DNA of 64,000 nucleotides from an uncultured Clostridia bacterium (GTDB taxonomy: Bacteria; Bacillota; Clostridia; TANB77; CAG-508). The position numbers were made by a program, and so were the translations under genes. Position 1 is the stretch's first letter. The number at the start of each line of letters is the position of its first letter. The notes beneath the pieces were generated by a model. It had not been told where the DNA came from. It did no database searches and was given only the letters and a program-made list of their open reading frames with translations. Of the stretch, positions 42,946 through 54,200 are shown one piece after another. The stretch lies in contig CAUWGC010000008.1 of NCBI GenBank assembly GCA_963558405.1, positions 1-64,000 on the forward strand, written 5' to 3'.

Positions 42946-43119
42946 ATGTCTATAGAAAAACAAAGATTAGATAAAGAAGCTCCAGATAGCATAATGATAA
43001 AAAGTAAAAAAGATTTAAAAGAAAAATTACAAAAAGGAATAGATGATATAAATTCAAATAAATCATATTCACTAGAAGAAGTTTTTGACGAAATAGATAT
43101 GGTTTATCAAAAAAACTAG
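42946..43119 (+). CDS. 57-aa ORF resembling an antitoxin C-terminus
   Basis: MSIEKQ..KLQKGIDDINSNKSYSLEEVFDEI; translated manually. Confidence 0.35.
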   Translation: MSIEKQRLDKEAPDSIMIKSKKDLKEKLQKGIDDINSNKSYSLEEVFDEIDMVYQKN

Positions 43120-43259
43120 TATTGACAAAAGACCTAAGTAAATATACAATAAATGCATGATTGCAAAAATTAAAATATCTACTTTTATCCAATGTGTACT
43201 GTGTAAATTATATAATGCAGGGTACAATATTAAAAACAAATTTATTAGGAGGAAAACAG

Positions 43260-43340
43260 ATGAAAAATAAGGTAAAGGAAAAACAAGGTATAACATTAGT
43301 TGCACTGGCAATTAGTAGGAAATGTGTTCGACCTAACTAA
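43260..43340 (+). pseudogene. 5' stub of a prepilin-like gene interrupted at ~43314 (candidate attL)
   Basis: AGGAGG RBS; MKNKVKEKQGITLVALAI then abrupt SRKCVRPN*; DNA GGTATAACAyTAGTTGCACT is shared with 26098. Confidence 0.7.
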
Positions 43341-43514
43341 AGAGCTTGAAACCCACATCAGAGAGCCAAAAAAGAGGAGTGAGTATAGACAAGTAGAGGT
43401 CAATGTTTTCCTTAATTTAGCACAAAAATCCTAAAAATGTTTCAATATAATTGAATTATTTTCAAAAATACTATAATATAATATCAAAGTAAAAAAGTAT
43501 TGGAGGAAATAAAA

Positions 43515-43661
43515 ATGAGAGAGAAAAAAATAAAACTTAAATTAGATAAATATGAATTTGATTTAATAATAAGAGCATTAAATGATTTAAGAACACAACA
43601 ATTAAAAAAAGGCGGAACAACAGACCCTATAAATGAGTTATTATTAAAGTTACTTAAATAG
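43515..43661 (+). CDS. 48-aa protein of a type common in Clostridial ICEs
   Basis: GGAGG RBS; MREKKIKLKLDKYEFDLIIRALNDLRTQQLKKGGTTDPINELLLKLLK. Confidence 0.65.
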   Translation: MREKKIKLKLDKYEFDLIIRALNDLRTQQLKKGGTTDPINELLLKLLK

Positions 43662-43756
43662 AAAATACATAGATATATGAAAGAGTGAGTTAATTATCAT
43701 AAAGATTAATTTACTCTTTTTTTGTATCCAAAAATTATAAAGGAGGAGGAAATATT

Positions 43757-44104
43757 ATGCACAATAATGTTTTACAATTTGATACAGAAGAATTATTTAA
43801 TTATGAAGAATTACATTATTACGATGAAGATGGGCAAAGAGGATTTTTAGCTTATTTAATAAAGACAGAAGAATGGAAAGTAATTGACAATAAAATTGTT
43901 TTTATTAATGTTATATCAGAGAAAGAGGTACACGAATTAATAAAGAAATATGATACCGAAATAATGAAAGAAAATTTAAGAATTAAAAAAGGAGCATTAG
44001 AAACAATTTCTATGGTAGGGCTAATTAAATTTCAAGATATGATAGAAGAAGAAAAACAGAAAATTGAAAAAAGAGAAAAGAAGCAAGATTCATTGCAGAG
44101 ATAA
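43757..44104 (+). CDS. Hypothetical protein
   Basis: AGGAGGAGG RBS; 115-aa ORF. Confidence 0.6.
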   Translation: MHNNVLQFDTEELFNYEELHYYDEDGQRGFLAYLIKTEEWKVIDNKIVFINVISEKEVHELIKKYDTEIMKENLRIKKGALETISMVGLIKFQDMIEEEKQKIEKREKKQDSLQR

Positions 44105-44193
44105 TTTTAAAAAATGAACTGATGTAAAAGTCAGTTTGTTTTTTTACATAGCCATTGAAAAATGGCGAAATTAAAGGAAGGAGGTCAGATTAA

Positions 44194-45018
44194 ATGTCAA
44201 AGTGTAAAGTAATAGCAATAGCTAATCAAAAGGGTGGAGTTGGAAAAACGACTACAACAGTTAATTTAGGAGCAGGATTAGCGAAGAATGGTAAAAAGGT
44301 ATTATTGATTGATACAGATCCTCAAGGAAATTTAGCTATTTCTCTAGGATTTAGAAATCCAGATGATATAGACATAACCATAAAAACTTTGATGGAAAAA
44401 ACTTTGTGTGAAATACCAATAGAAAAGAATGAAGGAATTTTAAAAAGTAGTGAAGGATTAGATATAATACCAGCAAATATTGAATTAGAGGCACTTGAAG
44501 TTGAACTAACATCAAAGATAAATAGAGAATATATTTTGTCAGAATATATAAAGAAAATAAAAGATAATTATGACTATATACTAATTGATTGTAAGCCATC
44601 TTTAGGATTATTATCAATAAATGCACTAGCCTCAGCAGATAGTGTAATTATCCCAGTACAAACTCAATATTTATCTTTAAAAGGAATGACACAGTTAATT
44701 CAAACGATAAATAAAATTAAGGCAGTAATAAATCCTAGATTAAAAATAGACGGAGTTGTCTTAACACTAGCAGATATGCAAACAAGATTAGCAAAAGCAA
44801 CTGTAAATAAATTAAAAGAAAATTATGGAAGTGTGCTGAAAATTTATGACACTATAATTCCAAGAAGTGTAAAGATAGCCGAATGTAGTACAGTTGGTAA
44901 AAGCATTTATACTTATGACAAATCAAGTAAACAAGCAGAAATATATGAAAAATTAACGGAGGAGGTGTTAAGAGATAGCGAAAGAATTAGAAATAACAGA
45001 TATGCCGAGTGCAGATAG
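44194..45018 (+). CDS. parA: ParA/Soj family ATPase
   Basis: ANQKGGVGKTTT, LIDTDPQGN, ILIDCKPSLG motifs. Confidence 0.93.
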   Translation: MSKCKVIAIANQKGGVGKTTTTVNLGAGLAKNGKKVLLIDTDPQGNLAISLGFRNPDDIDITIKTLMEKTLCEIPIEKNEGILKSSEGLDIIPANIELEALEVELTSKINREYILSEYIKKIKDNYDYILIDCKPSLGLLSINALASADSVIIPVQTQYLSLKGMTQLIQTINKIKAVINPRLKIDGVVLTLADMQTRLAKATVNKLKENYGSVLKIYDTIIPRSVKIAECSTVGKSIYTYDKSSKQAEIYEKLTEEVLRDSERIRNNRYAECR

Positions 45019-45898
45019 TTTATTTAAACTTAGTACAAATAAGGGAAAAGGAGAAACTGTTGTTATACTACCACCAAATAAAATCTCTAGCTTTCCAAAC
45101 CACCCTTTTCAAATTAGAGATGATGAAAAAATGGTGGAAATGGTTGCTAGTGTAAAGAAATACGGAGTGTTAATACCAGCTATTGTAAGAAAAAAGGAAG
45201 ATGGCGAATATGAAATGGTAGCAGGGCATAAAAGACAAAGAGCTTCTGTAATAGCAGAGAAAGACGGAATGCCTTGTATAATTAGAGATTTAACAGATGA
45301 AGAAGCAACAATATTAATGGTAGATAGTAATATTCAAAGAGAAGATATATTACCAAGCGAGCGAGCCTTTGCTTATAAAATGAAATTAGAGGCAATAAAA
45401 AGACAAGGAAAAAGAATTGATTTAACTTCTACACCATCGGAGGAGAAGTTATCAGTAGAAATAATAGCAGAAGAATTTGGGCAAAGTAGAGAACAAGTTA
45501 GAAGATTTGTAAGACTTACTGAACTAAACAAACAATTATTAAGAATGGTAGATGAAAAGAAAATTGCACTCAGACCAGCGGTGGAAATATCATATCTTAC
45601 TCAAGATGAACAATACTTGTTATTAGATTCTATACAATCTAATGAGGCTACACCATCTGAAGTGCAAGCAAAAGAAATGAGAAGATTAAGTCAAGAGGGA
45701 AAATTAACAGCAGATAAAATTGATGAGATAATACAAGAAGAAAAACCAAATCAGAAACCCAAATATAAAATAAATTATGATAGGTTTGAGAAATATCTTC
45801 CAAGAGATATTGTAACAGTAAAAGAAGTTGAAGACTTTTTATTTAATTGTGTAGAAGAACACTATAAAAGGCAAAAACAAAGAGCAATGGCAAGATAA
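44975..45898 (+). CDS. parB: ParB/RepB/Spo0J family protein (probable ATA start 44975; first ATG 45002)
   Basis: FPNHPFQIRDD, EMVAGHKRQRA, MVDSNIQRE..LPSERAFAY motifs. Confidence 0.9.
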   Translation: MAKELEITDMPSADSLFKLSTNKGKGETVVILPPNKISSFPNHPFQIRDDEKMVEMVASVKKYGVLIPAIVRKKEDGEYEMVAGHKRQRASVIAEKDGMPCIIRDLTDEEATILMVDSNIQREDILPSERAFAYKMKLEAIKRQGKRIDLTSTPSEEKLSVEIIAEEFGQSREQVRRFVRLTELNKQLLRMVDEKKIALRPAVEISYLTQDEQYLLLDSIQSNEATPSEVQAKEMRRLSQEGKLTADKIDEIIQEEKPNQKPKYKINYDRFEKYLPRDIVTVKEVEDFLFNCVEEHYKRQKQRAMAR

Positions 45899-46020
45899 AA
45901 ACATAATTTCAATAAGATAAAAATTATATTGGCTAAAAAAGAATGAAAAAATTTAATTTACACATTTGAAAATAATATGAGATAGATGTAAAATGTAAGC
46001 AATAAGGGAGTGATGTCATA

Positions 46021-46692
46021 ATGAAAAAGAAACATATTTTAATTATAGTTATTGTAATTTTAGTAATATTTATTATTTTTAATTGTGGGTTATATTTTTA
46101 TTTAAACAATATAAAAAAATCTAATGAAAGTGATAGTTTAGCAGTTACAAGTACCGAAGAATTAGAAGAAAATGAAATACAAGAGGAACAAGAAACTGAA
46201 GATATAATAGATGATGATTTAACTAATAATATAGAAGAAAATGAGCAAGGTGAAATTTCAGAAAATGAACAATCACAAGAAACTCAAACTACTACAACTA
46301 ATGAAAAAACTCAAGTAACAAGTTCAACTAATTCTAGTAGTTCAAGTAATAATAAAAAATCAAATTCATCAGAAACTAAAGCGACAACACAACAGTCAGA
46401 ACAAACTACTGTTAGTTCAAATGAAAATAATAAGCAAACAAACGAGAGTAAAAATAGTGAACAAAATACACAAATAACTCAAAATACCACAAAACAAGAA
46501 GATACAACAAGCATTTATTGTGTAGATGGAGGAAAAATACATCTTGCAGGAGATGGTGCAGATGAACACGGATATTATAATAGCTTTGAACAAGCCGATG
46601 AAAAAGCAAAAGAATATATGAAAGAATACGATTTATTTCATTACAAAGTAAGTCAATGTCCTTGTGGATTATATTATTTCCAAGCAAGATAA
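46021..46692 (+). CDS. Membrane-anchored protein with S/T/N/E low-complexity linker and small Cys/His C-terminal domain
   Basis: N-terminal TM; acidic/polar linker; YCVDGG..QCPCG. Confidence 0.65.
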   Translation: MKKKHILIIVIVILVIFIIFNCGLYFYLNNIKKSNESDSLAVTSTEELEENEIQEEQETEDIIDDDLTNNIEENEQGEISENEQSQETQTTTTNEKTQVTSSTNSSSSSNNKKSNSSETKATTQQSEQTTVSSNENNKQTNESKNSEQNTQITQNTTKQEDTTSIYCVDGGKIHLAGDGADEHGYYNSFEQADEKAKEYMKEYDLFHYKVSQCPCGLYYFQAR

Positions 46693-46753
46693 TTAAATAA
46701 ATCTAATTAAAGAGCTTTTTGGCTCTTTTTTTAGTGCAAATAAAAATGAAAGG

Positions 46754-49700
46754 ATGGATAAAATGAAAAATAAAACAAAAAAATTTATGGCAATGTTATT
46801 ACTCGTTTTAACATTATGTAGTTCATTGCCACTTAATAGTTTTGCAACATTTATAACAAATATAAATAGTAATGCAACATTTGGAGTGATAAGCGGAAGT
46901 TTAAACTCCTATGGACACGAATTGCATTATGCAAATTATGATGGAACAAATTATATAACTTTTTGTACTCAATATGGACAAACATCTCCAACTGGAAAAG
47001 AATATACCTATAATGGAGATTTTTTAGCACAATATAAAAATGATAGACCACAATATGAAAAAATAGCAGAAATGATTTATTTTGGTTATGCTATGAATTA
47101 TGGAATGGGATTACCATCAAGCACAGAAGCTAAGAGAGCAGCGTGTGCAACACAACAATATGTGTGGGAGTATATTCACAATTATATTGACGGAAGTGCA
47201 AAAGTTCCAAGTAGAGATTCTTGGAATAGTAATTATATGTCATCTTCAATATATTCAAACTGGCTTGCTCAAACAGAAAATTATTATAATCAATATTATA
47301 AAGATGTTTCATTTAACAAAACAAATAATAAAATAGTTATTGGAGAGGCAACAACATTAACAGATACAAATGGAGTATTACAACATTATGCGTCATTTAA
47401 TAAAACTATAAATGGAGTAAATTTTTCGCACGATAGTGGAAGTAATGATTTAAGAATTACAACATCTAGTGAAAGTTCTGAAAAAGTAACTTTTGATTCA
47501 AGTGATTATGGACTATATGAATTAATGCCTAATGGATCAGAATATGTAAGCTCTAATATGTCAAACTATGTATATTTTAAATTTACATCTGGAGCAATAC
47601 AAGATTTAATTTTTTCAAACTATGTAGACCCATCAAGGTTTGTAGTTTCAGTAGAAGTTGAAAGTGGAAATGTATTGATAATAAAAACAAATACGACAGG
47701 AGATGCAGTTGCTGGGTGTACCTTTGATTTATATAAGGATGCAAAATGCACACAAAAAATAGGTAGTGGAACAACTGATGCAAATGGTCAATTAAAATTT
47801 GAAAAACTTGCAACTGGAACAGTTTATTGCAAGGAAACATCAGTACCAACAGGGTATTTACTAGATACGAGTATTCAAAAAACAGTAGTAAAAAATGGAG
47901 AAACGGCAGAAGTAACATTTAAAAACAACGAACCAACTGGAGAAATAACAATTACAAAAACAGATAAGGAAACAGGAAATTCAAACAGAGTAGATGGAAC
48001 AAGTCATCACGGAGATGCTTCAATAAAAGGAGCAGTATATACTTTATATGCAGATAAAGACATTTATAATGTAAGTAAAAGTGTAAAATATTTCTCAAAA
48101 GATGAAGAAGTAGCAACATTTACTTTTAATGAATATGGAAATGCAACAATAAATATTACAAACAAAAATACAAAAGCTAATTTAAGTGTTAGTGGAAATA
48201 CAATAAAAGGATTACCAATGGGAAGTTTTTATAGTTTAGAAACATCAGTGCCAGATGGATATACAAAAGATACTAATAAATACACATATACTTTAAATTA
48301 TAAAGATATGAATACACCAGTTATAAAAACAAGTGGAGTTGTAGAGAATACGGTACAAAAAGCAAAATTTGAAGTAATAAAAATTTCTTCAAATACAAAT
48401 ACAACAGCACCTGTAATTGAGGGAGCAGAATTTACAGCTATATTAACAAAATATGTAGATTATTATGGAAGTTTTGATGAGGCTTTAAAACATTTAGATG
48501 AATATGCAGAAGATGAATATTCAGTTTTTAAAACAGGTAGTGATGGACACGGTGTTTCTGGACTACTTGCTTATGGAGAATATACTGTATATGAAACATA
48601 TACACCTTCAGATGAAATAAATACAGTAGTTCCATTCTATATTAAGATAGATAAAAATAGTGATGGAGTAATAAAAGAATTTATAGAAAATGACACACCA
48701 TTTCCAAGTTATTTAAAAATGGTTAAAATTGATAAGAAAACAGGCAAAAAAGTTACATTTTCAAATGCTACATTTTCTTTATATAAATTAAATAGTGAAA
48801 CAAATGAATGGGAGAAAGTAAAATGTAAAACAGGAAAAGAAACGGTTGATAAATGGACAACAGATGAAAGTGGCATAGCATATACCGAAACAAAGCTAAC
48901 TGCTGGAAAATACAAATTAGAGGAAATATCAATACCAAATGGTTTCTTACAACTTGATGAAGATGTTATCTTTGAAATAAATAAAAGTAATAAAACACTT
49001 GAATTTGATGAAGATTACGACGCATATATTACAGTAACTGTTGGAAATGAACAGCCTACTGGAACACTTGTAATTGATAAATCAGTTGCGATAAGAGATG
49101 ATATTAATACTTCATTAGTTGATATATCTGATTTAAGTGGAATTGAGTTTAAATTAACTGCAAAAGAAGATATTTTAGATATGTCAGATGGTAGTATAAT
49201 TTATAAAAAAGGTCAAGAAGTTGGAACTTATAATTTAGATAAAGATGGAAATTTAACAATAGATAGTTTACCAATGGGAAAATACGAATTATTAGAAACT
49301 GCAACAATAGATGGAGTTGTTTTAAATTCTGAAAAGTATGATATTGAATTTACTCAAGAAGACACATTTACAAAAGTTTATACAAATAAAGAAGAAATTA
49401 TAAATGATACAACTTGCGTAGAATTTTCTAAAACAGATATAACAGGAGATACAGAATTAGTTGGAGCAACATTAACAGTAACAGATAAAGATGGAAATGT
49501 TATTGATAAATGGATTTCTGGAGATAAAACTCACAAAATTGAGGGATTAAAAGTAGGCGAAACTTATACACTAAAAGAAGAAATACAAGTTGAAGATTAT
49601 GTAAAAGCAACAGATATTGAATTTACTGTAAAAAATACTAAAGAAATTCAAAAAGTTACAATGGTAGATAAAGTAGTAGATATGTCTAAAGTAGATATTG

Positions 49701-50641
49701 GTGGGAATGAAATTGAGGGAGCAACTATTCAAGTTATAGATAAAGACAACAATGTAATAGATGAATGGATTTCTGGAAAAGAGCCTCATAAAATAAAAAA
49801 TTTAGTTGAGGGAGAAACTTATACTTTACACGAAGAAATAACAGTAGATTCCTTTGTAAAAGCAACAGATATGGAATTTACAGTAACTTATGAAAAAGAA
49901 ACGCAACATCTTGAAATGATAGATAAAATTGTTGAAATTGTAAAAACAGACCTAGTGACAGGAGATGAAATTGAGGGAGCAGAGTTACAAGTAGTAGATG
50001 AAAATGGAAATATAGTAGATGAATGGACATCAACAAAAGAACCTCATAAAGTAGTTGGGTTAGAAGAAGGAAAAACATATACTTTAATTGAGAAAACTTG
50101 CCCTTATGGATATGAACAAGCAGAAGAAATAGAATTTACTGTTACAAAGAATAAAGAAACTCAAAAAGTTGAAATGAAAGATATGCCTATCTTAACAGAT
50201 ATAAGAGTTATTAAAATAGATAGTGCAACACACGAAACTATAAAAGACAAGTTTACCTTTGGAATTTATACAGATGAAGAATGCACTAAACTAATACAAC
50301 AAGTTGATGCAGATACCGAAGATGGATATGTAGATTTCAAAGATTTAAGATATGGAATTTTCTATATAAAAGAATTATCATCTCCTAAAGATTATCAATT
50401 ATCAGATAAAATTGTAAAAGTTGAGATAAATGATAAAGGAGTATTTGTTGATAATGAACAAATAGAAAAAGATGAAAATGATATTTATAGCTTTGAATTT
50501 GAAAATGTCAAAATAGAAACACCAAACACAGGAGATAACAGCAATATGAATTTATGGATTGCATTACTTGCAATGTCAGCAGTTTCTCTTATAGGAATTG
50601 GTGCTTATGAATATAAAAAGAGAAAAATAGTAAAAAAATAG
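46754..50641 (+). CDS. Sortase-anchored SpaA/CnaB-repeat adhesin with thioester-like N-terminal domain
   Basis: Signal peptide; TFCTQYG and ATQQYVWE (Cys-Gln thioester-like); repeated GAxFxL..ETxVPxGY; TPNTG + TM + basic tail. Confidence 0.85.
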   Translation: MDKMKNKTKKFMAMLLLVLTLCSSLPLNSFATFITNINSNATFGVISGSLNSYGHELHYANYDGTNYITFCTQYGQTSPTGKEYTYNGDFLAQYKNDRPQYEKIAEMIYFGYAMNYGMGLPSSTEAKRAACATQQYVWEYIHNYIDGSAKVPSRDSWNSNYMSSSIYSNWLAQTENYYNQYYKDVSFNKTNNKIVIGEATTLTDTNGVLQHYASFNKTINGVNFSHDSGSNDLRITTSSESSEKVTFDSSDYGLYELMPNGSEYVSSNMSNYVYFKFTSGAIQDLIFSNYVDPSRFVVSVEVESGNVLIIKTNTTGDAVAGCTFDLYKDAKCTQKIGSGTTDANGQLKFEKLATGTVYCKETSVPTGYLLDTSIQKTVVKNGETAEVTFKNNEPTGEITITKTDKETGNSNRVDGTSHHGDASIKGAVYTLYADKDIYNVSKSVKYFSKDEEVATFTFNEYGNATINITNKNTKANLSVSGNTIKGLPMGSFYSLETSVPDGYTKDTNKYTYTLNYKDMNTPVIKTSGVVENTVQKAKFEVIKISSNTNTTAPVIEGAEFTAILTKYVDYYGSFDEALKHLDEYAEDEYSVFKTGSDGHGVSGLLAYGEYTVYETYTPSDEINTVVPFYIKIDKNSDGVIKEFIENDTPFPSYLKMVKIDKKTGKKVTFSNATFSLYKLNSETNEWEKVKCKTGKETVDKWTTDESGIAYTETKLTAGKYKLEEISIPNGFLQLDEDVIFEINKSNKTLEFDEDYDAYITVTVGNEQPTGTLVIDKSVAIRDDINTSLVDISDLSGIEFKLTAKEDILDMSDGSIIYKKGQEVGTYNLDKDGNLTIDSLPMGKYELLETATIDGVVLNSEKYDIEFTQEDTFTKVYTNKEEIINDTTCVEFSKTDITGDTELVGATLTVTDKDGNVIDKWISGDKTHKIEGLKVGETYTLKEEIQVEDYVKATDIEFTVKNTKEIQKVTMVDKVVDMSKVDIGGNEIEGATIQVIDKDNNVIDEWISGKEPHKIKNLVEGETYTLHEEITVDSFVKATDMEFTVTYEKETQHLEMIDKIVEIVKTDLVTGDEIEGAELQVVDENGNIVDEWTSTKEPHKVVGLEEGKTYTLIEKTCPYGYEQAEEIEFTVTKNKETQKVEMKDMPILTDIRVIKIDSATHETIKDKFTFGIYTDEECTKLIQQVDADTEDGYVDFKDLRYGIFYIKELSSPKDYQLSDKIVKVEINDKGVFVDNEQIEKDENDIYSFEFENVKIETPNTGDNSNMNLWIALLAMSAVSLIGIGAYEYKKRKIVKK

Positions 50642-50710
50642 AAGTAAATAGTTAAGTATTCAAGGTAGCCGAAAAGCTACCTTTTTACTGGCTAAAAGAA
50701 AGAGGTAGAA

Positions 50711-50947
50711 ATGCAAAAATATACACTTAGTCAAACATTAAAGACATTAGATAAATTATTTCAAAAAGAAATAACAACAACAAAGCAATTTAAAACCTTA
50801 AAATGGGACAATTTAGATAAAATTGATAAGGACTTAACACCAGTAGAAAAGAGCTTTATTATGGATTTTAGAGATGCTGTAATAAAGAAAAAAGTAATAG
50901 AATTTTTAGCTGGAAAAGATATAGACGAGGAGAGTGAAAATAAATAA
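50711..50947 (+). CDS. Hypothetical protein
   Basis: AGAGG RBS; coupled to the next ORF. Confidence 0.6.
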   Translation: MQKYTLSQTLKTLDKLFQKEITTTKQFKTLKWDNLDKIDKDLTPVEKSFIMDFRDAVIKKKVIEFLAGKDIDEESENK

Positions 50948-51255
50948 TGATAGAACACTACAAGAAACCATCAGTTAAATTTATAGTAAATAAAGGGAAT
51001 TTTAATAAATTAATGACAGTATTATCATTTCAAGAAGAAAATATTGTAACAGAAGATTGGAAAGAAAAAGTAACTAATTTAAAAGATTTATTATTAAGGT
51101 ATTCAATACCACAAAAAGATGAAGATGGAGATGTAGCAATTATAGATATTGGACTATATCCAAAGGAAGCATCAGAATTAATTGTTTTATTACTTTCAGC
51201 TTTTCAAGCTTTAGAGGTAGATAGAGATTATACGCTATTAATGAAAAGAAAATAA
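50947..51255 (+). CDS. Hypothetical protein
   Basis: TAATG stop/start overlap. Confidence 0.6.
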   Translation: MIEHYKKPSVKFIVNKGNFNKLMTVLSFQEENIVTEDWKEKVTNLKDLLLRYSIPQKDEDGDVAIIDIGLYPKEASELIVLLLSAFQALEVDRDYTLLMKRK

Positions 51256-51272
51256 TATAAGGGAGGAACAAG

Positions 51273-54200
51273 TTGGGAAAAATAGTAGAAACAAGACAAT
51301 TATATAAAGAAATGATGAGCGAAATTTCAAAAGATGAAACAAGTTGGAGAAATTTTTTAGATAGTAGTTCGTGGAATTTTAAGTATGATTTTGATGACCA
51401 AATTTTGATTTATGCACAAAGACCAGATGCTCGAGCTTGTGCCTCAATGGAAGAATGGAACAAAAAGTTAAGAAGATGGGTAAATCGAAACACAAAACCA
51501 ATATATGTTTTTGATAAAAATCCATATAGTGAATATCCATTTAGATTAGTATTTGATATATCAGATACACACAATTCAAGTAATACAGAATATAAATTAT
51601 GGACTATAAAAGAAGAATATGAGCAGGAAATAATTGAAAGTTTAGAGGCAAATTTTGGAGATATTAGCAGTAAAGAATCATTAGCTCAAGCAATAACACT
51701 TGCAAGTTATAATATGGTAGTAGATAATATAGAGGATTATTTAAGCAATATTATAGAAAATAAAAAGGGCTCTATGTTAGAAAATATGTCAGATGATGAA
51801 ATAAAAACAATAGCTACATCAGTTGTATGGGCAAGTGTTTCATATATGATGATGACAAGATGTGGATTAAATGCAAAAGAGCAGGTTGATTTACAAGAAT
51901 TTTTATATATTAAATATTTTAATACTCAAGAAGTGCTAACAACACTTGGGGCAAGTGTAAGTGATATTGCAGAAACTGGATTAAGAGAAATTGCAAAAAC
52001 AATTACAACTTTACAAAAAAATGAAAAATTAAAAAATAGTACAATTGAAAAAATAAACAAAGAGTTATATGCTAATGTCAAAGAAAAAAATGAAGGAGGA
52101 ATTGAAAATGATAGAAATCAAATACGAGAAACAGGGCGATTATTATATGCCAAATCTAGCAATGGAGAAAGAGAAAATTCCAACAGGGAAATACGCATTG
52201 ATGAGGTACAATTATCTAAAGAATCACAAGAATTACGAATTGACAAGGCTAATAATGAACAAGGAATTGAAACAACACCTATCAGAGATACAGAAAATAG
52301 CAACAAAGAGAGTGAACGAAATAGTAGAAAAATTAGCAATACAAGAGAATACGACAGAAGAATTGAAAGCCAAAGATCAGATGAAGTGGGTGGCTCTAAT
52401 GAACAATTACAAGATGACAGCAGAGGAGATAGTGGCAAGCGAACTAATTTATATTTAGAAAGAAATACTCAAAGAAGATTCATATCCAAAGAAGAACAAA
52501 AAAGTGATAAAGATTTTTTACAAGATAAATATACGAGTGCAATATTAGCAAATGCTCATAATTTGCGAGTAACAAGAGCAGAGATAAAAAAATTTTATAA
52601 AGAGCATTCCGATATAAATGAAAGAGTAGAATATATAAAACAAGTATTTAATGATGATTATACAGAAATAGTAGTTGATGATGAAAGATTAGGCTATAAG
52701 ACTTATGAAAATGTTTTACATTTATGGAAAGACAGTTATTTAAGTAGAACGGCAGAAGTATATTACGATTGGGAGAGAATTGCTGAATATATTGAGGGAA
52801 TGATAATTGTTAATGAATTTAATGATATTCATAAACCAATACCTAGCTTTACAGACCAAATGCAAATATTATCAATGATAGAGGCAGAAAAAGAGCAAAC
52901 TATATTTACTCAAGAGGCAATAGATACGGCATTACAAAGTGGTAGTCATTTTGAAGAAGGCAAATATAGAATATATAATCAATTTGAGCAAAGTCTTTCA
53001 AGTGAAGAAAATATTAAATTTTTAAAACACGAATATGGAGATGGCGGAAGCAGTACAATTCATATTGGTACAAATATAGGCATAGAATTTAATGCTAAAG
53101 GTGTTACTTTATATCGTGGGTATGGAGAAAATAGTTCAAAATTATTTTTAACTTGGAACAAAGTAGAAAAAAGAATTGGAGAACTTATAAAACTCGATAG
53201 ATACCTAAACTCAAAGGAAAAAGAAGAATATCCTAAATGGCAGGAAAGACAAGAACAAGAAAGGCAATTAAGAGAAAGTAAACAAAAAATATTAGAAGAA
53301 ACTAAAAGGGCAAAAGAAGATAAAGAACAAGAAATAGCAGAAAGATTGCACGATTTTATAAGAGATTTTGACTTCTATAATTATATAGATAATACTGAAT
53401 TTTATCGTTCAGAAAGTGATAATATTGATGCAATAAAAGCTGATATATCAGATAGAATGAATGTAAAAGACTATATAGATGCTTTAAAAAGTATTATAGA
53501 AGATGCAGAATTAGATAGTGAACAATTAGCAGAGGTTAATGACTTAATTGAAATACTAGAAGATAGAGTACCTAAATATGAATATCATTTAGGAGATAAA
53601 ATTTATATTGGTGCAGATGAATATGAATTTGCAGGAATTAATGATAATATTGTTACTTTATATGATTCAAAATTTCCTTTGTTTACTAAACAAATGGATT
53701 TTAAAGAGTTTGAAAGAAAAGTACAAGAAAATTATTCAAATGACCACCTAATAGTAAAAGAAAAATCAAATGATGTTATAGAACTACCTGTTATAGAAGA
53801 AACTAAAGAGTCAACTCAAATAGTAGATAATGATCTAAAAGAAGAAAAAATAGAATTAGTAAATAATAATAATAATATCGAAATAGTTGAAGAAATAAAA
53901 CCAACATTTAATAAAAAAAGTAACAAAATACAAACTTTTGACTTACACCCAGAAATAAATGAAAGTGAAAGATTAAATTATAAAATAATAAATAATGATT
54001 TAGGAGTAGGAACACCGAGAGAAAAGTTTGAGAATAATATCCAAGCAATTAAAGTATTAAAAAAATGTGAACAAGAAAATAGGTATGCTACAAAAGAAGA
54101 ACAAGAAATACTTTCAAAATATATAGGCTGGGGTGGATTGCAAGAGGCATTTGATGAAAATAATGATAGTTGGAGTAAAGAATACTCTATTTTAAAAGAA

